From Lama glama (lineage: Eukaryota), in contig CM052816.1 of the NCBI GenBank assembly GCA_028534125.1, positions 77,440,001 to 77,504,000 of the forward strand: a DNA stretch of 64,000 bases, written 5' to 3'. The first letter of the stretch is position 1; each line of letters opens with the position of its first letter. Under the pieces are notes generated by a model. The model worked only from the letters and a program-made list of their open reading frames with translations, made no database searches and was not told where the DNA came from. Position numbers and translations under genes: made by a program. This document shows positions 48,441 through 61,615 of this stretch, piece after piece.

Positions 48441-51264
48441 TTGATGAAGAAAGGATAGATTAAGAAGATCCTTGATGCCGAATAAAAAACTGGGCTGATA
48501 GTGGTTGGGGTTCTAGATTCCATCCCTTAGTTTGCTCCCCAACCACTTCTCAGTTCCTTTATTCTTAAATATGCTCACAGATATTTAGAGGAAGGCAGGA
48601 AGCAAAAAAAGACTGATGTTTGTCCTTTATGAACAACTTACTAAGCAAGGAAATGAGATTAATTTTGCCAAAAGGAGACGCCTGGACAGTACACAGATAC
48701 CTCTAATATGTTCTTGCCTAGTTTTTCATTAACAAGAATTGTTGAAAACTAGACGGAATCCTTAATTAAAGCCCAGTAAAAGATGCTTCCGTGGGCTCAC
48801 CATGGTGCCAAGGAGTTTATGGGGCCCGTATCTCATGAGAATTCACATGTTTGGAGAAGCAGAGGTCACAGGGCAAGTCCACTGGAGGAAGCAAGGCTCA
48901 TTTCTCTCTCTTGGTATCCTTTCCCTAAAGATGGACTTCTCCATGTAAACTAACTTTGTCATCAAAGAGAAAACTGCAGTGAGTGGAAGGAAACACATTT
49001 ATAAACTCAAATTAGAACAAAATAACTTCACAGAGGAAAACCACAGGGGATTCCTAACAGTAAAGTCAGAAAAGATGTGATCTTTAGATAAAGGTCTCCA
49101 GTTATCCTTTCCTAAGCTTCCCCTGTGGCATTTATAGAGGAAAGGACTGGTAACTGCTCTCAGAATGTGCCATTGTCTACCCAGGGCTACCTGCAAATAT
49201 CTGCAACAATCTTCATGCAAAAATTACAGCTCCCCACCCACTTCCACACACACACACACAAAAGAAATTATTTGTATTCATTCATTTCATGCAAGAAAGC
49301 AAGCTATATTTTCAGTAAATAAGAGACTGACATCATGAACATTTAATTCCATACTATAGAATGAGAGAGGAAAGCTCATGTAGATTGCCAGCTCAAAACC
49401 TCTAACATTTTGCCTCTGATTTTGTCAGGGCTTTTGCATTTAAATGCATTTAAATTTTTAGAGTCTCTTGAGGTACAAAAGTGCAAAGGTGAAGTTGAGA
49501 GAAAGATACTCAGGCAAAAGCACTATCTTGGATCAACCTCAAACAATAGCTTTATCTTTTTCCACTAAAGGAAATCATTTTATCCTAACTACAAAGTTGC
49601 CAGTCAAATCACCATAGCAACACCAGCCTGCCAATTTCCCCAACAAGGAAAAGGCTAGAGGGGAGGAAGTGACTACAAAAACGCTGCTGTCTAGGGAAGG
49701 ATGGACAGCTTACTAGCAGGGCGGGTACTTAAGCACTTTTCCAAAATCTGGGATAGACTTGGGCTGGACATCCTGTATTTCAGGAAATCAGGAGGACACC
49801 TCTGGAAGGAGGGTGGGCAGGGGAGTTCAAGTGGAGCAGATGCAATTCGGCCAGCAGTGACCATTCAAAACCAACTAGCTGATTCAAGTAAGCAAGACTC
49901 GCCCATTGGTTCATTTTGGTGGGAAGAAGCATTACTACCATTAGCAATGTTAACCTCCAGCCTGGTTATCAGGAATCTTAGAAAGCATTTAGTCCAAGTA
50001 TCTAAGGGCTCTTAGAGATTACACACCAGATTTCATGTGTGAACATCATTTCATTTTCCTAGGTAAAGTGTCCTTCACTTCTTATCAGATTCTCAAAGAT
50101 AATCATGATCCCAAAACTTTTAGAGTCCCTGTCTAGTCCAGCCTCGCATTTTACCCATGTGGACACTGAAGGAAAATAATTTATCCAAAGTCATAAAACC
50201 ACTGGGTGGTATATTTTTCTATTTTATTCCTTTTCTTGTGGCGTTTTGACCACATTGCCTATTGCCAACTTCAACCTCAGTGGACAGTCATTTTTCTTGG
50301 TAACTTCAAACCCAGTAGGTGGCTGCCTTGGGCCACTCAATTGGCAAGTGATTAATGATTATCAACCATGCATCCATCACAGAAGCTATATTCTGGGAGG
50401 CCCCAAGGAACTATAAGCACAGTTTCATTCTCAGGGAGTTTGTAATTTAATTGGCAGATAATACATCTAAGGATCTGTAGGAAGCCAGTGCAAAGTAGCA
50501 CATTTCAAGAGCTATATTTGAATGGGTCAAAGTGAACTGGAATTCTAAGGAAAGAACTTAAATTAGATTTCAAATATATTTGGATTTTGATAACTGAAAA
50601 GGAATACAGCATCTTTGGGTGGAGAAGAGATGAGTACAGCGTTAGCTCTATATATCATGGGAATAAATTAAGCTCCACTGCATGCAAAATATAGTGTGGG
50701 ATATCCAAAGAGAGTAAATAATATGGGTCCTTAATAGGGATGATCAATTAATCTACATAAAAGATGAGTATCACATATAAAAACATTAGCCGTAAGTAAG
50801 GAGGTAAATGAACACCCAGCACCTCTCCGCATATCACACATACTCAAAGCTTTCCTTACCAACCTCTACTTCACCAATTTGTCAGTTAACCAGTGGTCCT
50901 TCTTTGTCCCCACTAATTCAGCTGTTGACTTATCAAAGTTAGCTGTGTTTATTCCCAAATTTCTTTATGACTTTAGTGTTTGCTATTGTAATTATGATAT
51001 TTAATGCAATATTATGTAAACAGCGAATAGGAGTAAAAAATAAAAGTGACAGCTATGTTGAATGGTTTTGAATGACTTCTTAAAGCTGAACCACTAAAAC
51101 TTAATTGCCTCTGAACTAAATGAAAGCAAGACAACTGTAAAGGAGTGAGAAGGAGTGGATACAATTCTAGAGGGATGTTGCAGCCAGAAAACTTTGCAGG
51201 TGACTTCACATTTATAAATAAGAAAAAAATTGTAAGCAGAAATTGTAAGTGATACCTTACAGGT

Positions 51265-52212
51265 GTGGTTAAAATGCCCCCACTACCCAAAGCAATCTAC
51301 ATATTCAATGCAATCCCTATCAAAATTCCAACGGCATTTTTCACAGAAATAAAAAAAATACTAGCAAACCGAATTTGACAGCACTTTAAAATGATCTTAC
51401 ATGATCAAGTGGAACTTATCCCTGGGATGAAAGAATGATTCAACATATGCAAATCAATAAATCTGATCCATCACATTAGCAGAATGAGGGATGAAAAACA
51501 GATGACCATCTCAATAAATGCAGAAAAAAAATTTGATAAGATTCTGCATCCCTTCATGAAAAAAACTCTCAACAAATCAGGCGTAGAAGGAATTTACCTC
51601 AACATAATAAAGGCCATATATGACAAGCCCACAGCTAACAACTTACTCAAAGTGCAAAGCTGAACATTCTTCTTCTAAGACCAAGAACAAGGGCGCTCAA
51701 AGGCACCCACTCTCACCATTTCTATGAAACCTGGTACTGGAAGTCCAAACCAGGGCAATTGAGCAAGAGAAAGAAATAAAAGCCATCCAAATTGGAAAGG
51801 AAGAAGTTAAATTGTCTCTGTTTGCAGATGACATGGTATCATATATAGGAAACCTTAAATACTCCACTCAAAACTTTTAGAACTAATGAACAAATTCAGC
51901 AAAGTTCCAAGATACAAAAACAAACAAACAAACAAAACCAAATCAGTTCTGTTTCTATACACTAATAAACTGAAAAAGAAATTAGGGAAATAATCCCATT
52001 TACAATAATATCAAAAACAAAATATTCAGGAGTTAATTTAACCAAGTGAATGTACACCAAAAAATATAAGACACTGATGAAAGAAACTGAAGAATATATA
52101 AATAAATGGAAAGATATTCTATGCTCACAATTCAATAGCAAAAACAAACAAACAGTCCCGTTAAAAAATGAGCAAAGAACTTGAATAGACATGTTTCTAA
52201 AGAAGACATACA
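51265..52212 (+). mobile_element. L1 ORF2 fragments (reverse transcriptase region), rearranged
   Basis: catgatcaagtggaacttatccctgggatg, ataaaggccatatatgacaagcccacagctaaca and ctgtttgcagatgacatg (LFADDM) motifs; many stops. Confidence 0.9.
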
Positions 52213-52574
52213 GGACCCATCTTCACTTGAGGCAGAGTTCCAAGGGCTGGTACTGATTGGCTTGGGATGGAGAGGATATAATGAGCCTAGGCTAGTGTCT
52301 TTAGATAAGTGATAGTCTGTGTCAAATAAAGATGGTGAAGACGACTTCTGGGTTTTCAGTATCAGACTAGGAGGCCCAGTGGTTCCTTACAGGGAAGCCA
52401 AAGGCAGCACATTATAAGGAAAACCCTTTGATGGCAGTAAGGAATAGTCAACAATGAAGCCAACTACTCGAAAGGGCTGAGCTCTGCATCACTGGCTGTG
52501 CTGAAGCAGAGGCTGGGTGGCCATCCATCAGAAATGTAATCAGCTAGGTTACCGGTAGGAGGCTGAATTTCATT

Positions 52575-53275
52575 CAGTGTCTCTGACCACAATGCACAGT
52601 AAGAAATATGTTTTTGCTTAACAACCCAATATGCCTATTCATATATGTGAGTACAAAGCCAAAATAAAAGTTTCAGGAAAAAATATTTATCTTTACTAAG
52701 TTGTTCACTTTTCTGTTTTCTCTTCTTTCTCTTTTTTTTCCTTCTTTTTTAACAAATGCTGATAAGAACCCACTGAATTGATTTCATCACTGGTTGAAGT
52801 GTTGTGACCCATAATTTGAAAAACACTGGACTAGAAGTTTTTCTTCTATAATACCTTAGATGGCACTTTCAACTCTAAAACTCCAAGAATAAAGAATACT
52901 TCTTTTTTCCAGCCATGGAGAGGAATCTATGACTTACAGTTAAATGTTCAGAAAGTGGCAATGAACCCTGTTAAACTCCAAGGATGCTCTGATACGTCAC
53001 TCTCGACAGCACAGTTTTCAACCTTTTTTCAATGATCCACAAGACATCCATCAAACACTGTGACCCAGTACACACCAGACAGACTCACACACAGGCACAC
53101 ACACACACAATGGAAACACAAATTTCACAAAATAATTCTTATTTCCATTATGTGTGCTACCCTCTGATATTTTCCTTTCTCTTTCATTTTGCTTCTGCAA
53201 AACGTTGATCAGGACCCCCTCGGCTGGATTTCACTACCTCCTAATGAACCACCACCCATGGGTTGAGAACTCCTT
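52575..53275 (+). mobile_element. Two adjacent hAT-Charlie relics (MER113-like; ~52575-52830 and ~53010-53270)
   Basis: Shared layout: cacagtaagaaat/gacccagtacacac...aaagtttca...gatttca...gacccataatttgaaaaacactg. Confidence 0.45.
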
Positions 53276-54408
53276 CTCTAGAAAGTTTGAGCTGAAGTGG
53301 GGATTGCAGTTCAAGCATGCTGCAGGCATTAACTAGGAAACTCGCCTAGCAATGGTTAAATCCTGCTGGGAGAATAGTTTTGAGAGTGGAATTTCTTGAA
53401 GCAGAAAACAGTCCTCTAGGGGATACAGGAGAACATCCAGAATGGCCTTGACAGTGGAGGCCACTCTAGGGGCAAGAGACGGCCAGCCTAATTACAGTGC
53501 AACCGGAGATATACGTGGCCTCCTTCCCTCGATATCAGACCTAGCATTCCGTGGTTTAATGTTTTCTGGAGGCCCTTCGATTATTTGGAGATTTCTTCCT
53601 TCAATATCTTCCTTTATGTTATTTCTTGTAAGCATCATTTCAGAAACAAAATTGGTAAGAATCTTCTCGGGATCTTCCCATCCCTGAAATCTGACTATTA
53701 CACTAAATATATCACCTTCTAATGTAATTTTATATTTATCTTCCTTACTAGCTCATTAACATGCCGATTGTCTTAATCATCTCTGTGCTCCTTGGAATAT
53801 CTGTGTGATCTTTCAAAAAGCAAATTCCATCAGTCCCTCTCCTGCTTGACACTCCCCTAGCTCCCTATTCCCTTCAGGACAAACATGAGCTCCTTTCTAA
53901 TGCCTTTTCTGCTCCAACTCTTGCTTATCTACCCAGTCTTATCTCTCATCACACTGAGCTTGGGGCTTCTAAGCAATTCTGAGAACATTTTCTTTTTGTC
54001 TCCATGTCACTGCTTCTTCTGGCCTGAGCCTTTCCATGTTGCTTCCTCTCTTCCCCGTGCCTGGCTATCACTGGTGTGTCCTCCTTAGCTCTTGTAGGAG
54101 GCCTTTCCAGATTCCTTCAAAACTGGGTCAGATGCCAAGGTTCCTCTAGGCCCCTGGTCCCCTCCCCTGCCTGCAACACTCAACACTCTGGACTCTGCTC
54201 GTCTGCCTTCCCCACTGGGCTGTCCAAGCAGGGACAATAGCTGATTCCCCTCCTAAATCCCTTGCACATGCTTTGTCTATAGAAGACACTCCATATGTAC
54301 ATGTTTGGATGCACATATGCACAAAGTAAGCATCCAATAAAGGGTGAACTAAACTGAATTGAAATAGCTTCAGAATTTGACGTTAGGAATAACACGATGC
54401 CCTAAACC

Positions 54409-54592
54409 AAGGGACGGCAAACTTCAGCTGGCTGCCAGTTTTTATAAATAAAGTTTTATTGGAAAACAATCACACTCGTTTGTTTATGTATTGTCTGTGG
54501 TTGCTTTCTTGCTACAAAATGGGAGACTACATAGCTGGCAAAGCACAAACTATTTACTACCTGACCCTGTAGAAAAAGTTTGCCAGTCTCTG
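54409..54592 (+). mobile_element. MER58A hAT element
   Basis: caagggacggcaaact...ataaataaagttttattggaaaacaatcacactc...tatttactacctgaccctgtagaaaaagtttgccagtctctg. Confidence 0.85.
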
Positions 54593-54599
54593 GTCTAAG

Positions 54600-55100
54600 A
54601 CAACAATCTTTAATGTTGTTTGTGCCACTTTGACAGTCTGATGGAACCTGTGAATCCCTTCTCAGAATAGTATTTTTAAATGCACAAAATAAAATGCATA
54701 GGATCACAAAGGAAACCAGTTCTATCGAAGACAATTACCAAGGCAATAAAAAATTATGATATATTAATTGATATACTTCTTCATGAACACATTAAACAAT
54801 AATACCTAGCAACGGATTTGATAACTACAATAATTTCATAGTACTCATAAGCATTAACAGTATTTTGGGACATGTGCAACAATTGTAATGGAATAAGAAT
54901 ATATCTGTGATGCTAGTGGTGACAAAGTCACAGGAATTGCTAATACCCCTGTGGGCTGTTGATTACATCCACATTTGAAGAAAACATTAAATTTCAGTTG
55001 GTAAAACTAAGAATGTCCTTTTTTGTCCAACCAAAGTTCAGGGACCCTTTGACTTTTATCCACGAACCCCTTGGAGATCTACAGACTGCCCTTGAAGCAC
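54600..55100 (+). mobile_element. MER119-like hAT-Charlie element
   Basis: gacagtctgatggaacctgtgaatcccttctcagaatagtatttttaaatgcacaaaataaaatgcataggatcacaaaggaaacc. Confidence 0.7.
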
Positions 55101-56809
55101 CTCACCCTAAGAGAAGAGACAGGGCCCCATAGATTATCTGGGGTGAACACGACAGGAGTGAAAGAAAACCTCGTGTGAGGAGGAGCCTCCAACTCTCTCT
55201 CAGTTTTACACACTTGGTCTTATGCAGGGCTTGCTCTACACTAAAATGAATTGCAGAGGAAAGTCCAAAACCACTAAGTAGTCACAGTTTAAAAAAAAAA
55301 AAAAAGATGTATTATTTGACCTTCAGCTTTCAGCCTTCTTTCTTTCTTTATGAATTGGTTCAACCCAACCAAATGACAAACAGATGGCTAGAATGGGGTA
55401 ATGATAAACTCAGCTGGCAATTTGTTCCTGGCAGGGCAACTGGAGAGAACACTTTCATTTACAGTTTACAAATGGCTCCCGACGCTGGTACACAAGAATT
55501 CAATTTATGTCAACTCCCATCAGTCTGACCAGGGATTATATCAGGAAAGCTCATAGTGAGAGGGAATGAAGTTTTAAGGGATCAATTTGTAGAACTGTAG
55601 GTCAAACTTCTGCAAAAACATTCAGAATCACCCTTCTGTGTGAGCCTCAGTGGAGGAACTGGATGGCTACCAGAATTTCTGGGACTAGGCACCTGTCTGG
55701 AAGGTGGTTCTGAGATTTTCAATTTGGAAACCAAAGATAAGAAGAAGGAATTTTTCATTCTTAAATGGCACAACTTCCTAAACACTTTCTTGAAAAGAAA
55801 GGGAAATTTTTTTGTTTGTTTTTTCCCATTATTCCCCCAATTAATTAACTGTGTAACAATTCTTTAAATATATCAAGTTTTATACTTTCGGGGGCAGGAA
55901 AACCAACACAGGGCTCCATTACTGTTAAATAGTGCAGCCATTTGCCCAGTTATTGCTGTAAATTCTAGTAAAACCCTACAAAAAAAGTTGGCATTTCACT
56001 TGCGCGTGATGAAGAGCTCCGAAACACACGTTATCATTCAATATGAAATAAAATCACAACGGGAACTTTCAAGTTAGTCTTATACTTTAGGCATTACTTG
56101 AAGCTTTACTACATACCAAGATCCCTTTTATGATGAGAAAACAAAAGCAATAAATAACTTTGGGTCCAGGGGAGGGCAAGGAGACATGTGTGCAGATCCA
56201 TGTTGGGTTTTATCTGGCTTTTATTTCTGCAGTTGGTAAGGAAGGATGTTGGTTACTGTTGTGGCCTCAGAGATTAGTAGTAAAGGATTCACTGAATCTC
56301 CTGTGGCTAGTATGGTAATACATTTCCATTTCCATGTGGCTCAGGGTAAGGAAAAGGACCAACATTAAAAAAAAAAAAGTCTTCCATAAGCTACTCTTCC
56401 AAGAACTGAACAGACATCTTTCATCTTCATAATCCTTCTGAGGTAGCCACTATTAGCATCCCTACTTTACAGCCAAAGGAAGTAAGGCTCAGAGAGATGA
56501 AGGATCTTGTGCAAGGTTGCAGCTAATTGTGGACCATTCTCTAGATTCAATCCCATGACTGCCTGTGTGCAAATGTTCACCAGCTCCTATCTGACATGTG
56601 GTATGTTACTCCATGCTAGGTGCCATATTCTACAAGGGGGAGGAAGTCAAGACACTACCCTATGTCCAGGCAAGGAAGACAGACCTTGAACAAGTAATTA
56701 ACTATGAAGGTGCTGAGTGTTGTAAGTTAATGTTTCAGGTTTACCTAACCTAGTCTGAGGAGGGGGCAGGGGTTCATGGAAGGCTTCCTGGAGGAAGTGG
56801 TACTTAAGT

Positions 56810-57225
56810 CACCAGCTGCTACTGCCACTCAGAATGCAGACAAGCAGGCAGCCTGGCCTCTGCAGCACCCCCAACTGAGAGGACTCAGAATGTGATAGGA
56901 CAAGATACTGGCCCTAGATAGATAGGTGCTTGTCAAAGGAATGATTTCTATGAACCCAGACATTTGCTCCCTCCCATACACAGAAAAGGGCTAAGTTCTT
57001 TAACTTGAGATGTCTGGTTTTCTTTAGTTAGCAATAATCTTTTAATGTTCTGACTACCTGGTCTTTGTTGTAAAACTCCTATACATCCTGGGTCCTCCCC
57101 TATCTTTTTGGAGCAGTCTCTCAGAGTAATCTGAGAGGCTGTAACCCCGGGCTTGCAGGGGTACAAGTCCTCAGAAATGTCTGCTGAATTAAACATAACT
57201 CTCAACTTTTAGGTTGTGCATTTAA
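56810..57225 (+). mobile_element. ERV1-type LTR fragment lying inside an L2 relic
   Basis: TATA-like cctatacatcc, internal hairpin cagtctctcaga/tctgagaggctg, poly(A) signal attaaa, U5-like acataactctcaacttttaggttgtgcattt; L2-like sequence on both sides. Confidence 0.7.
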
Positions 57226-60200
57226 CTATTCTGGCAGAGAATCGTAAGTATAAAGACCTCTAGCCAAGGAGGAACATGGCTATAAAGGAAAGCAGAAAAG
57301 ACCTATCACAAAAGCCTTAATAGGAATATTTCACATCAACTGAGCACAGACTGTATGCCAGGAGTTTTTTGGTACATTTTGTGTGCATCAGCTCATTTAA
57401 TCTCACAACAGTCCTATGAGGTAAATAAACTGTTACCCCATACTTCTGTCTGAGGCACACAGAAATGAAATAATCCAACTATGGTTTAAAAGTGGTGGAG
57501 ATGAGGGTTGGACCAGGGAGCTAGGTCCAGAGGCTGTGCAGTGACCCACTGCCTCACCTTTGTCGGAGTGACCAGATTTTAGAGGACAAACAGCCCAGCC
57601 TTATTTCCTACGTAGAGAAGCTTAGAAATGGAATCAAGCCACTTGTCCCCAGGATTAGAGGCCAGCTCAGAGCTGCGTCTTCAGACTCCACATTTGGAAA
57701 AACTTAATCCAGAGAGATGATACCAAGAATTGGACTGTACATCTCAAGTCTGAATGAAAAAATCTTCTTTAACCTTCATAGCTTGTGACCTTGACCATGA
57801 GTCAAGTCACGTCATCCTTTAAAACTCTTCAAGGAAAATCCATAATCCGTTCGGCTTGCACTCTGAATCCCAGACTTGACCTTCATTTCAGTAACAGCCT
57901 TTGTAGGGTCACTTCCTAGGAGGAAACTCATTAAATTCATTTATTATTTGTAGACTGAGGAAGTTTATGATGGGATGGAAAGACATGACTTTTAACAAAA
58001 ATATCCGTTTGTAAAATAATTTTAAAAACCCCACTCAGGTGTGCATGACCTTGAGATTCTCAAGTCAAACCAAAACATAGACATTGCAAATCAGCTTAAA
58101 AGCAGCCCCGCCTGAAGATGAATTTTGCGAGTCTTCTAATGGAAGATTTCTGCAAGGGACCTGGGAATTATGTAGGCAGAAACGTGTGAACGAGAAAAGA
58201 GAGGAAGCATTACTCATTTTCATTTATTAGTCTGTCTTGGGCTGAGATTTAGAGATCAACATTTCTGGACTTGTGTCCCTAAAACATATACAGAAATATT
58301 TTGAGCTTTCTATGCACCCAAAATTAGCCAGTGGTGGACATTTTATTGAAAAGAGCCACTGAAAGCTTTCATCTACCCTTTCCAAAAACCGACAATGCAA
58401 AGTTCTGAAGCAATTTTAACTAATCAGGTCACACCTGCAGGAGAACTATAGATGCATTAAATGAAAACTATTTTTCACCTTTAAACAACCTAACAGGCAG
58501 CATATGTGGAATATGGCACTCCAATTGGACCATCAGAGGTAAGGAATATTTTTTCAGGCCTTCGGTTTTCATTGCCACTATAGTATATATTTTTCACTTA
58601 TGAGAAAAGGATTTACCCTGGGGAAATTCTTAGGCAGAAAGAGAAAAGTTTCTCAGATATTTTTAGCCAAAATATTTCAAAACATAGGTAGCTATATTTA
58701 TGCTTGGTTCTTATTTTAATGAACACTAAGACTGCTGCCCACAAAGAAATTTTCAGTATCACTTTAGAAATAAAATATTTTTCTTCACTTCAAATGCATG
58801 GTTTTTCTGTTTTAAAAAAAAGCAGGAGGAAAAAATTTTAAAAAAACATTGCAAAATATGTTATAGCCTGCAGGCTTACTTAGAATTTGCCTCTTCAAAT
58901 CTTTCTACATTGATTAAAAATTTAAAATCTACTGTAAATAAGGAAGTTGACGAATAGCCCGCAGGCCAACTATGGGAAAGATTATGAAGATCACTCTCAT
59001 CTAAAACCTCCTCCTGCCTGAGCCAGAGACCAAGCCTCCTCTCTGATACAGCCACGGAGAGCACGCCTTCAAGGTGCTCACCTTGGGGGGCCCTCTATTT
59101 TATGGGAGGTAGAAGCTGGAGGAGGAACAAAAATTTGCTTGGTTCTAAACCCATGACCCAAGAGAGCACAAAAAATACACTGAATGTCCGCCTGAAATAT
59201 GACCAAAAGTAGCAAATAAGCAGTCAGTGCCCCATACGCTGATCTAGTGTCATTTCTTAGGTTAATCTCTTATTAGACAGTTAAATATTTCTTTAATAGT
59301 TTTTTTGGAGTATTTCCTAGCAATGCCTTTGACATCATTATCATCACTGAATAAGAAGAACAACTGAAAAGAAAAAAAAGAAGAAGAACTGATGTATAAG
59401 CACCTACCAAGACAGAGAGAGAGCTGGAGCCCAATCTCCCAGTGATGGGACTCAGACAAGAACTTCACAACAAGATGAGTGAAATCTGAGGATAACTACT
59501 GGCAATACCTGCATTTCTACAATTTCCTAGCCTCGGCCTGTCAAAGGCCTGCTTCTTGGATATAAAAAGAAACTTTTGGCTCACACGGAGACCTGTCACA
59601 GGTGTTTCTGTATACAAGAGGTATCTGGGCAAAAGGAATTCAACATTAAACATTAAACAGAACTGTCTGGGAAAGACAGGTAACTGAAGACCCTCAAAAC
59701 CTTTCACACTAACTGCATTTTCTGATTCAGAGCCCAGGAAAGCTCTTTCTAACCACTTATCCTCAGACTCTCAACTGAAATGGGATAGACTCTGAAATAC
59801 ATACAAATGAATGTGGGGATTTATTTTGCAGCCAAACATTAAATGCCACAATAAGCCTTGAAAGCTTCCTCTCGGGAATAACAGCAAACAGCAGCCGAAG
59901 CTACGGCTGCCCATTTCCTCAGGCGGCAGGGCTCTGGGCAGGCTGAGTCTCGACTTCCATCGCTGAAGGTGGATCACAGCCATGACAGAGACATAGGGTT
60001 TTGTAGGAAGAGCCTTGGACTGGATGTCAGGAGACGTCGGTTCTAATTTTAATTGTCCCTAACGAGTCATTTTACCTTGACAAAGCAACTTCAGCAATGG
60101 AGTCCTAGTTTCTTTCTTTGTAAAAGGGAAATAATGGTACAGGGTTGAGGGGGAAGGAAACAATTATATGTCTACTATGTACAAACACTCTACGAAGACT

Positions 60201-60749
60201 GTAAACAACAACTCTGCAATGAGGGTCACTTTAGCTTGATATTATAGACAAGGTAATGGAGGTCCTGAGATAAAATAACTTGCCCAAGTTTACATATTCT
60301 GGAAGAGATAAAAGAAGCAGAATTCCTAGCATAGGTGCTGGAACCAGGAGCTGGTTTTCCCTATTCTACCATATTCCATTTGGAACACCGAGATATCCAA
60401 GAGTTCTAAATTTGAAGCTAGCTTACCAGGACATTGTAAAGGTATATTTATTAAGATAAAGAGATTTCTAAAATATTCAGCAGTTTGTTAGAATGGTATA
60501 TACTTTTAAAATATTTATACATAGGAATTTGGGGCCAGAGCTCCTCAAATGTTAAGAGAAAGTTCTGAATCTTAAGATGCATTTTTGATGGAAAAGAATT
60601 ATAATTATTAAACACAGGTACATAACACCCACATATACCTTACACTGGTATAGGTTTTTGACGTCCACAAAGCTCTTTCTCATATGTGATTTCACTTGAT
60701 CCTCATACTGACGTACTACAATGCTAGAAGAAGTTATCACTCATATTTT

Positions 60750-60905
60750 GGGGATGGTAATAGCTCAAGCGGTAGAGCTAAGCATGCATGAGGTCCTGGG
60801 TTCAATCCCTTTTGCTAAGAATAAATAAATAAATAAATAAACCTAATTACCTACCCCCCACCCCAAATAAAGGTAATGGGAAAATAGGAAATTAAAAATT
60901 TAAAA
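60750..60905 (+). mobile_element. tRNA-derived SINE, camelid Vic-1-like, with a 24-bp TSD
   Basis: ggggatggtaatagctcaagcggtagag...gaggtcctgggttcaatccc, (TAAA)n, acctaattacc; AGAAGAAGTTATCACTCATATTTT repeated at 60726-60749 and 60906-60929. Confidence 0.9.
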
Positions 60906-60943
60906 AGAAGAAGTTATCACTCATATTTTTCAGATAAGGATCT

Positions 60944-61615
60944 TGTAGTCAATGTTTTTGGGGCACGGGTCACCCACCTCCCCTTGTCCTACTTCTGATC
61001 TCAGCAGCCGTGCGGATGTGGAGAGTTTCATGTGAGGCCAACTTGCCTCACGAGGTCAGCATCAAACCGCAAGCACATGCTGTGCTCATATCACTCCTTT
61101 TATCCCTAGACCTGCTACCTTAATCCACAGGCCAGCAGAGCCCAGACGGCTGGGAAGTTATACCCCAAGGGGAAATCTTCAGTCAATAAAAAGAGGACAG
61201 AAGCCAGTGAGTAAATGGCTCTTGTCTTTGTTTTTTTTAATGCGTAACATGATTTTTAAAAAAAAATTTAATTTAAGTATAGTCGGTTTACACTATTGCA
61301 TTAATTTCAAGTGTACAGCATAATGTTTCAGTTATACATATATATATTCCTTTTCATTATAGGTTATTGCAAGATACTGAATATAGCTCCCTGTGCTGCA
61401 CAGTCTCAAGAGGAATTCTGTATGCCCCAGAGAGATCTCAGGGGAATCCAGCCGTTAGTGGAGCCTCACGGCCTGCAGAAGTGACTTCAGTAACACACAG
61501 TCACATGTCCTCCATCCCCCTCCCAACTTTCTCATTCCTGCCTCCAAATAAAATAAGCTACTTGCACCCAAGTCCTTGTAAAATGCTTTCTTTTGGGTGA
61601 TCCCAAACTATGAGA
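60944..61615 (+). mobile_element. LTR16-like ERVL LTR interrupted by a minus-strand L1 3' end (~61230-61404)
   Basis: LTR-like end ctacttgcacccaagtccttg...tgctttcttttgggtgatcccaaactatgaga; insert aagtatagtcggtttacactattgcattaatttcaagtgtacagcataatg...ccctgtgctgcacagt is a reverse L1 3' terminus. Confidence 0.6.

Noticed and set aside
8241..55100. Inverted MER119-like pair flanking exons 6-12 as a circRNA driver
   Set aside because: The copies are old, highly diverged and kilobases from the splice sites, so stable pairing is unlikely.
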